In this document: in pieces, positions 1-7,920 of the stretch | How the letters are laid out: every line of letters begins with the position of its first letter | Position numbering within the stretch: position 1 is the first letter of the stretch | Assembly (NCBI GenBank): GCA_964453925.1 | Contig: CAYVPV010000003.1 | Location: forward strand, 1 to 60,057 | Reading direction: 5' to 3' | DNA: 60,057 bases | Source of the DNA: an uncultured Muribaculaceae bacterium | GTDB lineage: Bacteria > Bacillota_I > Bacilli_A > RF39 > UBA660 | Program-made: the position numbers and the translations under genes | The notes under the pieces: generated by a model | Told to the model about the DNA's origin: nothing | The model's database searches: none | What the model saw: only the letters and a program-made list of their open reading frames with translations

Positions 1-3000
1 ATGATGAGGCATGGCAATATGTATCTAATGATTTTGTTGCAGAAGAAGATTATGATGCAATTATTGTATATTTCAGTCGTGAGTTTGACGCTAATGATTT
101 ATATCTTACTAATATAAATTTGTTTAAAGATATTAGAAATGTATATTATGAATATGATGAAGATGGTAATATTATTAGTGAGAATGACTTGGATAATAAA
201 AATATGGATTGTAATTATGATCAAAATAGTAATTTAATTAAAGTTACTACGCCTTCAGGAGATTATGATATGTTTGAGTATGATAATGTAGTAACAAATC
301 GTTTAATTAATGGTATATCAGATTTTGGTATATCTAACCAAAGAAAATATGATTCAAATGGCAATGCAATTGCTACTAGAATTATAAAAAACAATATCCA
401 TGGAGAACTAACAACAGGAGTATATAAAATAAGATTAAAAGGCACAAATAATTATTTAAAAAATATTAGTAATGCAGTAAAAATAAGCGAGCGAAATTGT
501 TGCCAAGATTTATGGGCTTTAGAAAAACATGAAGAATATTTTAAAATTAAACATTCAATAATTATTGATAAATATTTTACTACTCAGGGAGATAATTTGC
601 TGTTAAGTAACTATAGTGATGATAATTCCTTATTTGAATTGATTAAAAATGAAAATGGAAGCTATTTGATTAAAAGCAAAGTAAATGAAAAATATATAAA
701 ATTTAATAATGACTTAACCATTAATATGTCAGATTACGAAGAAGGAGATTATCATTATGAATTTTATTTTGAAACAATTGATGATGATTTGTTTATAGAA
801 ACCAACACTACTTATGATGAGAATGGAAAATATATTAAAAGTACAACAAACTCATTATTAAACAAAGTATTATATAATGCAGATGAAACAACTGGATTAC
901 TTAATTCGGTTACCGCTTCTAACGGAGCTATAACTAATTATAATTATAATGATAAGAATCAAATAAGTTCAATAATAAGTAAAAACATGTGTGTATCCTT
1001 TGATTATGAGGAAACAAAATTAAGGCAAATTAATTTTGGAAGTAAGCAGTATAAATTTTTATATGATTCATTCTTAAATTTAAAATCTGTAAAAATAGGA
1101 GACAAAATTAATTTGATTACAAATGAGTACGGTGAAAATAATGGTAATTTACTAGCATCAAAATTTGGAAATGATCAAATTGTAAATTACGAGTATGATG
1201 AATTTGATAGAATAGGTAAAATTATAAGAATGGATGATACCTTTAATTATAAATATAGTAGTAATGGAGATCTAATAAAAGTTATATCAGATAATACTAT
1301 AATTAAATCTATTTATGATAATTCAAAGAGGTTATGTGAATATAGATTTAATAATTTTAAAGTAAAATATAGTTATGATTCCAGAAATAATGTAGTAAAT
1401 ACTAAATATATTTTGAATGAAACTAATAATGTAGAAAATGAATTTAACTCTGATAATTTAATAACTAAGATTAAGTTTAATGATGGCCAGGTAAATTATA
1501 ATTATGATTCTTTAGGAAGAATTAGTAATTGTAATATAAATTCTATATTTAATACTAATTATAAATACTTAACCAATGGAAAAAGAACTTCTTTTATAAT
1601 TAGTCAACTTGATATTGGTAATGAAATGTTTTCTTACAAGTATGATAAAATGGGTAATATTATTCATATCTATAAAAATGGTATTTTAAAAAATAGATAT
1701 TATTATAATGATTATAATGAATTAATAAAAGAAAAAGACTATTTAAATAATGAATTTAAAATATATGAATACGATAATTCAGGAAATATTTTATCTAAAA
1801 AGATATATGAATTGAATACACTTAGTTTATTACGAAAAGATAAATATGAGTATAATAATGAAGAATGGGAAGACCAATTAACTAAATTTAATGATGATAT
1901 AATTATTTATGATAAAGTTGGTAATCCTGTAACTATTGGAAATAAAATTAAATTAAGTTGGATAAATGGTCGAGAATTAAATTCATTGATTAATGCAGAT
2001 AAATCTATTAGTTATTTATATGATCATAATGGAATTAGAATAAACAAAATAGTAAATGGTATAAAGACAGATTATTATATAGAAGGTAGCGATGCTATAT
2101 ATGAAAAAACTAATGATAATATTTTATATTACATCAGAGATAATACAAAAGGATTGATTGGATTTAAATATAATAATGAAGCATATTACTATGTTAAAAA
2201 TATTTTAGATGATGTTATAGCCATATTAGATAATAGTCATAATATAATTGCTAAATACGAGTATGATTCATGGGGAAATATTTTATCAATTTGTGACGAA
2301 AATGGTAATGATATTTCCAATAATGATAACCATATAGCCAATATAAATCCATATAGATATAGAAGCTATTATTATGATAAAGAAACAGGACTATATTACT
2401 TGAATCAAAGATATTATAATCCTTTATGGGGAAGATTCTTGAATGCTGATACGTTGTTAGGAGCAAATAAGGATTTGATTTCGTATAACTTGTATTCATA
2501 TTGTAGTAATAACCCTATATCAAACTGTGATACTTCAGGGAGAGGAATAGGTTCATTATTCAAATCGATAAAGAAGGTTGTTTCTAAGGCAGTTAAGAAG
2601 ATAAAACAAGTAGTTAGTACGGTAGTATCAGTTGTCAAATTTGTTACTAAAGTTGCAAAAATTGGAGCGACAATTGTTAAACAACAAAACTCTAAAAAAA
2701 CACAAGAACAAGCGTTTTGTCCAAAACAAGTTGTAAACCCTAAAATAAATTCTTACCCGGACTATACAAGTGAGTTGAATAGAATTCTAGCGGTTAATAC
2801 AGCAAAAGCATTAACTATAAAAAAGGTTAATCCACTTGGTTCTATGGATTATTTTTACCAGAATGAAAAGGAAACTGATGCGCCTTGGGATTATAAATCG
2901 CGAGGCCCATGGGAAAATGATATAAATGTTCCATATTTGGAAACTGATGGACCTTTCATATTTAATGGATATGTTATTACCGCTGAAGACTTTGGTAATA

Positions 3001-3179
3001 TTCATTATGGATATGTTGGTTATATGCTTGGTTTTTCTCCTGAAGTGTTATATACCGGTGCAGGATATCAAAATTCTGGTCTTTCTGTTGATATAGTTAA
3101 AGGCCCATATTATGGAGATAAAAGAAATGATTTTTGTAGTGTAAAATATGGAATAGAACTTGCAAAGAAAAAGAAATAA
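1..3179 (+). CDS. RHS/YD-repeat polymorphic toxin, 5'-truncated at the window edge, with an Ntox44-like C-terminal toxin domain
   Basis: The frame is open from nt 3 with no stop before the listed TTG at 120, so the gene enters from the left. It has many YD-type repeats (YDxxGN, YxYD). The RHS core end is YYLNQRYYNPLWGRFLNADT...YSYCSNNPISNCDTSGRG. A distinct tail follows (PWDYK..EDFGNIHYGYVGYMLGF..GAGYQ..YYGDKRND), which from memory resembles polymorphic toxin type 44 domains. Confidence 0.9.
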   Translation, partial: DEAWQYVSNDFVAEEDYDAIIVYFSREFDANDLYLTNINLFKDIRNVYYEYDEDGNIISENDLDNKNMDCNYDQNSNLIKVTTPSGDYDMFEYDNVVTNRLINGISDFGISNQRKYDSNGNAIATRIIKNNIHGELTTGVYKIRLKGTNNYLKNISNAVKISERNCCQDLWALEKHEEYFKIKHSIIIDKYFTTQGDNLLLSNYSDDNSLFELIKNENGSYLIKSKVNEKYIKFNNDLTINMSDYEEGDYHYEFYFETIDDDLFIETNTTYDENGKYIKSTTNSLLNKVLYNADETTGLLNSVTASNGAITNYNYNDKNQISSIISKNMCVSFDYEETKLRQINFGSKQYKFLYDSFLNLKSVKIGDKINLITNEYGENNGNLLASKFGNDQIVNYEYDEFDRIGKIIRMDDTFNYKYSSNGDLIKVISDNTIIKSIYDNSKRLCEYRFNNFKVKYSYDSRNNVVNTKYILNETNNVENEFNSDNLITKIKFNDGQVNYNYDSLGRISNCNINSIFNTNYKYLTNGKRTSFIISQLDIGNEMFSYKYDKMGNIIHIYKNGILKNRYYYNDYNELIKEKDYLNNEFKIYEYDNSGNILSKKIYELNTLSLLRKDKYEYNNEEWEDQLTKFNDDIIIYDKVGNPVTIGNKIKLSWINGRELNSLINADKSISYLYDHNGIRINKIVNGIKTDYYIEGSDAIYEKTNDNILYYIRDNTKGLIGFKYNNEAYYYVKNILDDVIAILDNSHNIIAKYEYDSWGNILSICDENGNDISNNDNHIANINPYRYRSYYYDKETGLYYLNQRYYNPLWGRFLNADTLLGANKDLISYNLYSYCSNNPISNCDTSGRGIGSLFKSIKKVVSKAVKKIKQVVSTVVSVVKFVTKVAKIGATIVKQQNSKKTQEQAFCPKQVVNPKINSYPDYTSELNRILAVNTAKALTIKKVNPLGSMDYFYQNEKETDAPWDYKSRGPWENDINVPYLETDGPFIFNGYVITAEDFGNIHYGYVGYMLGFSPEVLYTGAGYQNSGLSVDIVKGPYYGDKRNDFCSVKYGIELAKKKK

Positions 3180-3251
3180 ATAATATATTGTTATGTTTAA
3201 ATACATTTAAGTACCTATAATGTAAATATATTAAAATTTACAAATGAAAAA

Positions 3252-3299
3252 ATGTTGTCGATGGTAAATAATATATAATAATTTAACTATCGACAACAT
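3252..3299 (+). terminator. Long-loop hairpin downstream of the rhs gene (possible terminator)
   Basis: Perfect 11-bp inverted repeat ATGTTGTCGAT...ATCGACAACAT with a 26-nt AT loop. No clear T-tract follows, so terminator function is uncertain. Confidence 0.35.
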
Positions 3300-3425
3300 A
3301 TTCGAAAATGGCTATATATATTAATTTATAAATTTAGTTAGTAAAACAACATAAAGAATAATTAAATTATATTTTAAAAAAATAAAATATTTTGTATAAT
3401 GATAATGTATTAGGAGCTATATGAT

Positions 3426-3935
3426 ATGAAAAGTAAATTTAAAATCATATTAATTTCATTTTTTGTAATAATGATTATTTTATTTATACTTTCTATTTTT
3501 ATATATAATAGGCTAAAACCCTTATTAGGTATAAAATATAATAAAACACAAGTTATTACTAAATATAAAGAAGATAAAACTTTATTTATAAAGTCAGTTG
3601 ATGAAATAATAATATGTGATAAAAATCTTTATTTTAATAAATTTAATTCTGGGATAACTATAGGTAATAATTATTCTAAGAATTCAAAGTTATTTGAAAA
3701 TTTAAGTAATGAAGAACTTGATAAATATGAAAATACTCTGAAAGTGATAAATGATCCAATGATAAAAAGTATTATAAAAATTGAAAATAATATAGAATTC
3801 TCTATCTCATCCCCATATGGTTTAGATCAATATATAGTATATTTACAAGATGAAAAAAGTTACAAGTTTGGCAGAAAAATTATAAATAAATACAAAATTG
3901 ATAAATATTGGTATTATATAGAAGCTGAAAAGTAA
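3426..3935 (+). CDS. Hypothetical membrane-anchored protein; candidate cognate immunity protein of the Rhs toxin
   Basis: First ORF downstream of the toxin on the same strand. GGAG lies 9 nt upstream of the ATG. It has one N-terminal TM helix (IILISFFVIMIILFILSIFIY). No recognisable family; the immunity role is inferred from position only. Confidence 0.6.
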   Translation: MKSKFKIILISFFVIMIILFILSIFIYNRLKPLLGIKYNKTQVITKYKEDKTLFIKSVDEIIICDKNLYFNKFNSGITIGNNYSKNSKLFENLSNEELDKYENTLKVINDPMIKSIIKIENNIEFSISSPYGLDQYIVYLQDEKSYKFGRKIINKYKIDKYWYYIEAEK

Positions 3936-4038
3936 ATGACATAATATCATCAATAAAAATGACTTTAGTGGGTATTATTTGTTATTTTATATAATTTTAT
4001 AAAAATTTGTTAAAAATAGTATTAACATACATAATTTT

Positions 4039-4071
4039 AAAAAGACATTTTATTGAAAGAAATGTCTTTTT
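4039..4071 (+). terminator. Rho-independent terminator
   Basis: AAAAAGACATTT-tattgaaag-AAATGTCTTTTT stem followed by T-rich sequence. Confidence 0.75.
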
Positions 4072-4094
4072 ATATTAAGTAAGTAGGAGGAATT

Positions 4095-4394
4095 ATGATA
4101 GATTTTATAATAAAATATTGGGTTGAGATACTAATGACTTCTATAACTTCCGGTATAATATATATATTTACACAATATATAAGCTTAAAAAATGGAATGA
4201 AAGCCCTTTTAAGAAATGAAATAGTAAGAATATATGATAAACATGAAGAATTAGGATATTGTCCTAGCTATATGAAAGAAAATATAAAAGAAATGTATGA
4301 AAATTATCATAAGTTAGGTGGTAACGGAATGATTACTAAGATGGTTGAAAAATTATATGAATTACCAAATGCAAAGGAGGATGATGTAATTTGA
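4095..4394 (+). CDS. Phage-like small membrane protein (N-terminal TM), first gene of the lysis cassette
   Basis: Strong SD (GGAGG) before the ATG. N-terminal TM helix plus a soluble tail. Its stop overlaps the next ORF. Function unknown. Confidence 0.6.
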   Translation: MIDFIIKYWVEILMTSITSGIIYIFTQYISLKNGMKALLRNEIVRIYDKHEELGYCPSYMKENIKEMYENYHKLGGNGMITKMVEKLYELPNAKEDDVI

Positions 4395-4630
4395 GAGAAA
4401 AAGTAATATCACAGTTGATTAACTTACTTAAAGTAAAATCAATGGTAACGCTACTTACATTTGTAGCGTTCTTCTATTTATCTATAACAGAAAAAATAGG
4501 AAAAGATAATTTTATGCTTATAGTTGGCATGATAGCAACTTACTTTTTTAATAAAGATAGTATTGAAAAAAAAGAACAGGGTAGTGATGAAATATATGAT
4601 AAAACTTACGAGGTAATAGACAATGAGTAA
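4391..4630 (+). CDS. Putative holin (two TM segments, charged C-terminus)
   Basis: 79 aa with TM1 MVTLLTFVAFFYLSI, TM2 FMLIVGMIATYFF and an acidic/lysine tail. It overlaps both the upstream ORF and the downstream endolysin gene. Start is uncertain: TTG at 4391 or ATG at 4442. Confidence 0.55.
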   Translation: MREKVISQLINLLKVKSMVTLLTFVAFFYLSITEKIGKDNFMLIVGMIATYFFNKDSIEKKEQGSDEIYDKTYEVIDNE

Positions 4631-5351
4631 AATAACTAATTTAATATTTAAAAATGCTACTCATTATGTTACATCAGGTTTTGGTAATAGAAAAATAATG
4701 AATACTAAAGGTGGCTATACCAGTTCTTTCCATAATGGTACTGATTATGGAACAAACAGTGTTAAATTACCACAATATGCTATAGAAAATGGAATAATTT
4801 TAAGTTGTGGCACTGATAAATTAGGTGGTAAGTTTGTTTGGGTAAAGTACCCTAGAATTAATGTTAAAATGCTTCATTACCATTTATCGAGTGTTAATTG
4901 TAAAGCGGGTCAGGTAGTGGCAAAGGGAACATTACTTGGATGTACTGGTATGAGTGGTAAAGCAACAGGAATACATTTGCATCTATCGATAGTTGATTTA
5001 TCTACTGGTCAATATATAAATCCTGAAACTTATTCTTACAATGAATCAAATATAACAAATTCTGATAAATCGTTTTTTAATGGGAAACTTTGCTTTAAAC
5101 GCGGAGATGTTCATGAAAATATAGGGAAAATATGTTACTTCTTTGCAGAGTACTTTTATGGTTATTTTTATTCTAATAAAGCTGCTGCTCATAAAGTATT
5201 AGATGGTAATTTATTTGGCCCATATCTCGAAAAATGGGTGATAGAGTTTCAAAAAAGAGCGAAAGTTGATGGTAGATATGATGATGAAATAGATGGCAAA
5301 TTCGGCCCGAAGTCATTGAAGGCTTTAGTAAGCTATGGATTTATATATTAA
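4623..5351 (+). CDS. M23 family peptidoglycan endopeptidase with a C-terminal PG_binding_1 domain (endolysin-like)
   Basis: LytM-type motifs HNGTDYG (HxxxD) and GIHLHLSI (HxH). The C-terminal LEKWVIEFQKRAKVDG..IDGKFGPKSLKAL matches the peptidoglycan-binding domain pattern. Confidence 0.85.
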   Translation: MSKITNLIFKNATHYVTSGFGNRKIMNTKGGYTSSFHNGTDYGTNSVKLPQYAIENGIILSCGTDKLGGKFVWVKYPRINVKMLHYHLSSVNCKAGQVVAKGTLLGCTGMSGKATGIHLHLSIVDLSTGQYINPETYSYNESNITNSDKSFFNGKLCFKRGDVHENIGKICYFFAEYFYGYFYSNKAAAHKVLDGNLFGPYLEKWVIEFQKRAKVDGRYDDEIDGKFGPKSLKALVSYGFIY

Positions 5352-5382
5352 AAGAATTTAGTTTTGAACTAAGTTCTTTTTT
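5351..5382 (+). terminator. Rho-independent terminator after the endolysin gene
   Basis: AGAATTTAGTT-ttg-AACTAAGTTCT stem (1 mismatch) followed by TTTTTT. Confidence 0.7.
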
Positions 5383-5566
5383 GTATTTATGTTCATAAAT
5401 TAATTGTAATGTTAAATAGAAATTGTTATTTATAATATATATCAAATAATTTCTTAAATTTCTTAATTCCAGTTGACAATAATATTTAGGTATAATATTA
5501 TTATGTTAATAATACATTTTGTATAATACTGCATACTTTAAAACTAGTGAAGGGACAGAAAATAAA

Positions 5567-6292
5567 ATGGCAAATACAAAAAATAACAAAGAGAAAAAGA
5601 TAAAACTCTTAATGTGTTTATTATTTATTTTAACGATTTTTAGTTTTTTTGGAGCCTTTGTTTTGTGGGGAATTATTAGCGAAAGACCGGAAAATACCGG
5701 GGGCTTCTTTTTTACTTCTACAACTTTTGTATGTTGGTTATGGTTACCAATCCCAATTTTGTCAATTATACTTGGATATAAATATAAAAAGATGGGAATT
5801 AAATGTACTAGAAACATAGTCTCTGGTTATATCATTAGTGTATTACTTATATTGTATGGATCTTTTTGTTTAATTAACTTTAGTGATTCAAAAGATTATA
5901 GTGAAATAAATTCTTATAAAGAAATAATTAATGCTTCATTACCTAGTAATGGGAAATTGGAACTATTTAAGTGGGATTATAATTCAGATGATAATAAAAC
6001 TAACTGCAAAACTATATATATTAATTATTCTAATGAGGATACAGAAAAGTTAGAGGAAAATATTAAATTAAATGATACTTGGGTATTAAGTATCGAAATT
6101 GAAGAAAAACTTAAATTTTTAGTATCAGATTATATAACTGGGAAAAATATATATTTTTCCATTTACAATAAAACATTAAACGAATATAACTCTTTGCCCA
6201 TTAGCTCCGGTAATTATAAAATATATACAATGATGTATGATGCTTCTAAAAAGTTACTTCAAATAGATGAATTTAATTATAATTATAAATAG
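5567..6292 (+). CDS. Hypothetical polytopic membrane protein with a C-terminal soluble domain
   Basis: Long ORF. I prefer the ATG at 5567 (MANTKNN...) over the listed TTG at 5519. About 4 hydrophobic helices followed by an N/K/E-rich domain. No family recognised. Confidence 0.6.
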   Translation: MANTKNNKEKKIKLLMCLLFILTIFSFFGAFVLWGIISERPENTGGFFFTSTTFVCWLWLPIPILSIILGYKYKKMGIKCTRNIVSGYIISVLLILYGSFCLINFSDSKDYSEINSYKEIINASLPSNGKLELFKWDYNSDDNKTNCKTIYINYSNEDTEKLEENIKLNDTWVLSIEIEEKLKFLVSDYITGKNIYFSIYNKTLNEYNSLPISSGNYKIYTMMYDASKKLLQIDEFNYNYK

Positions 6293-6316
6293 AATGAAAA
6301 ATGTATGTATATGTTT

Positions 6317-6366
6317 AAATAGTAAAAAATATGATTGCTAAATTATATTTTTTACTATTTTTTGTA
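6317..6366 (+). terminator. Rho-independent terminator
   Basis: Perfect 16-bp stem AAATAGTAAAAAATAT...ATATTTTTTACTATTT followed by a T-run. Confidence 0.8.
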
Positions 6367-6380
6367 TTAGAAAAATCTAA

Positions 6381-6409
6381 TTTACTTTTATGTTAGAAAC
6401 ATATATAAT
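6381..6409 (+). promoter_or_regulatory. Sigma-A type promoter driving the leader of the sigma-like gene
   Basis: TTTACT (-35), exact 17-nt spacer, TATAAT (-10). Confidence 0.6.
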
Positions 6410-6416
6410 AATCAGA

Positions 6417-6700
6417 AAAAAAGGGAGACAATGCCTTTATAGTAGTAAATTATAATAATTTAAAGTATAAGGGTTAGATATTTAGCAGTACATCTAAACA
6501 CTTTTACTAATGCAGTAAATTGTTGTGGCATTGATGGGGTGTGCTGCTATGATTAGTGGGTTTTGGTTTTTATATGTTTTTGGAAATTTAAATCCTGAAT
6601 GTGGTTTTATAATCCCATCCGGGATTTTTTTATACCTTTTTATCTTTCTAGGGCACCGCCTTTTCTATTGAAATAAACGAATAGAAAGGAAGGTAAATTA
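6417..6700 (+). ncRNA. Long structured 5' leader or candidate cis-regulatory RNA upstream of the sigma-like gene
   Basis: About 280 nt between the promoter and the CDS. It contains a 10-bp closing stem (6483-6492 / 6540-6549), a terminator-like hairpin AATCCC-atcc-GGGATT+T7 (6610-6630), and a hairpin 6659-6689 whose 3' arm covers the SD. Confidence 0.4.
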
Positions 6701-6807
6701 ATTATCCTAAAAGAAGGAAAAGTAAAGATAATCCTTATACATTAGAGTATATAGACGGTAAGGATAACTTTAGAATTTTATTTAAAGATGGCAGTGGAGT
6801 TTTAAGA

Positions 6808-7167
6808 ATGGTAGAAGTTAGTGAAGAAATTTTTAATGCAATGGATAGATTTGAACTTGATGATATACGTGAAATGAATGAATTTGATCGCCATATTGAA
6901 CACTCTGAAATATATGGTAATAATCTTGAAAGGAGAGTATTGAACAAGTCTATTGGATTAGAAGATTATGTTATTCAAAAATCTACTTTTGAAGATTTAA
7001 AAAATGCAATAAATTTATTGCCAGACATACAAAGAGGGAGGATTAAAAAGTATTATTTTGAGGATAAGACACAACAGCAAATCGCTGATGAAGAAAATGT
7101 TGATATTAGATCAATTCAATATACTTTAAAGATTGCATTAAAAAAATTAAAACAAATTTTAAAATAA
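6808..7167 (+). CDS. Sigma-70 family (region 4) regulator of the type carried by conjugative elements
   Basis: The C-terminal HTH IQRGRIKKYYFEDKTQQQIADEENVDIRSIQYTLKIALKKL is sigma region-4-like. The same frame is open back to 6697 and encodes YPKRRKSKDNPYTLEY..., typical of the N-terminus of this family. The real start is therefore probably about 6697 (ATT, 6 nt after AAAGGA). Confidence 0.7.
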   Translation: MVEVSEEIFNAMDRFELDDIREMNEFDRHIEHSEIYGNNLERRVLNKSIGLEDYVIQKSTFEDLKNAINLLPDIQRGRIKKYYFEDKTQQQIADEENVDIRSIQYTLKIALKKLKQILK

Positions 7168-7195
7168 GACTTCGTAAAAATTCTTATTAGTGAGG

Positions 7196-7236
7196 AAACA
7201 GGTGAAAGGATATTATTTCCTTTTACCTGTTTTTTG
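7196..7236 (+). terminator. Rho-independent terminator
   Basis: AACAGGTGAAAGGA-tatta-TCCTTTTACCTGTT stem (one G-U pair) followed by TTTTT. Confidence 0.85.
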
Positions 7237-7394
7237 TTACAGGTTGGTCTTTGACAATTTAGTAGTGTTAAAAATCACCGATATGTTAACACTTAAAAAA
7301 TGCTAGGTAGTCAATCCCTATTGGCAAGGGAGTTGTGGGTAAACTAAAACCCTCATTAATTACAATATAAAAATAAAAGAAAGGAAATTTTGTA

Positions 7395-7619
7395 ATGAAA
7401 AATTTTAATATAAAAGTTAAATTATGTAAGAATTTTAATTTTAAAGTAATAGCTAATGATGAGCTAGCAGCCATTAATATGGTAAAAGACATAATCGAAA
7501 ATAATGTTATTTTAAATATTAATAATAGTAATAATATAAAATATAAACTTCAAAAAGAAGAACTAGGATCAAAGAAGAAAGAAAATTTATCTATTCCGTT
7601 TATTAAGGTGAATGCATGA
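7395..7619 (+). CDS. Small hypothetical protein, paralog 1 (possibly DpnD/PcfM-like)
   Basis: SD AGGAA precedes the ATG. It shares the pattern K.C....I.A....A.N.V.D.L.NN with the next ORF. Confidence 0.5.
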   Translation: MKNFNIKVKLCKNFNFKVIANDELAAINMVKDIIENNVILNINNSNNIKYKLQKEELGSKKKENLSIPFIKVNA

Positions 7620-7819
7620 AAGATTATTTAGTTAATATTAAATGTATTCAAAGTACTAGCATGATCATAAAAGCCATTAATAAAAAAGATGCTTTAAATA
7701 AAGTTAATGATGTATTAAATAATATAAATTTATCTAATAAAATATTTGATAATGAACCTTTTTTTAAATATAAAGCTACGAGAAATAAAATTAACAAAAA
7801 GTTAAGGATGCAAAATTAA
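7616..7819 (+). CDS. Small hypothetical protein, paralog 2
   Basis: ATGA start/stop overlap with the previous ORF and the same sequence pattern. Confidence 0.5.
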   Translation: MKDYLVNIKCIQSTSMIIKAINKKDALNKVNDVLNNINLSNKIFDNEPFFKYKATRNKINKKLRMQN

Positions 7820-7920
7820 AATGTTAAACCTTTTTTAAATTACACTTAAAATCTCTAAAAATTAAATTAGTTATACCTTGTTGTTTCCTTATAAAATAAG
7901 TGTTAAAATAGGTTAATAAG

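Noticed and set aside
263-3005. Minus-strand ORFs (263-445, 2251-2499, 2414-2638, 2811-3005) inside the rhs gene. Similar antisense ORFs occur inside other long + strand genes (e.g. 9640-9903, 14191-14406, 14842-15129, 25149-25382, 33220-33435, 43816-44808, 51454-51703, 52549-52971, 53575-54042, 58579-58869).
   Set aside because: All are fully embedded antisense to genes with strong homology. They have low-complexity or hydrophobic composition typical of shadow frames in AT-rich DNA, and none has an SD. They are treated as non-coding.
5506-5817. 103-aa minus-strand ORF overlapping the start of the 5567-6292 membrane protein gene.
   Set aside because: It is antisense to a better-supported ORF with a downstream terminator. 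It would run into the promoter region with no SD.
6534-6671. 45-codon hydrophobic ORF (MGCAAMISGFWFLYVFGNLNPECGFIIPSGIFLYLFIFLGHRLFY) in the leader of the sigma-like gene; possible leader peptide or type I toxin.
   Set aside because: It has no SD, and it runs through two predicted RNA hairpins. I cannot distinguish it from chance in a T-rich region. It is mentioned only within the leader finding.
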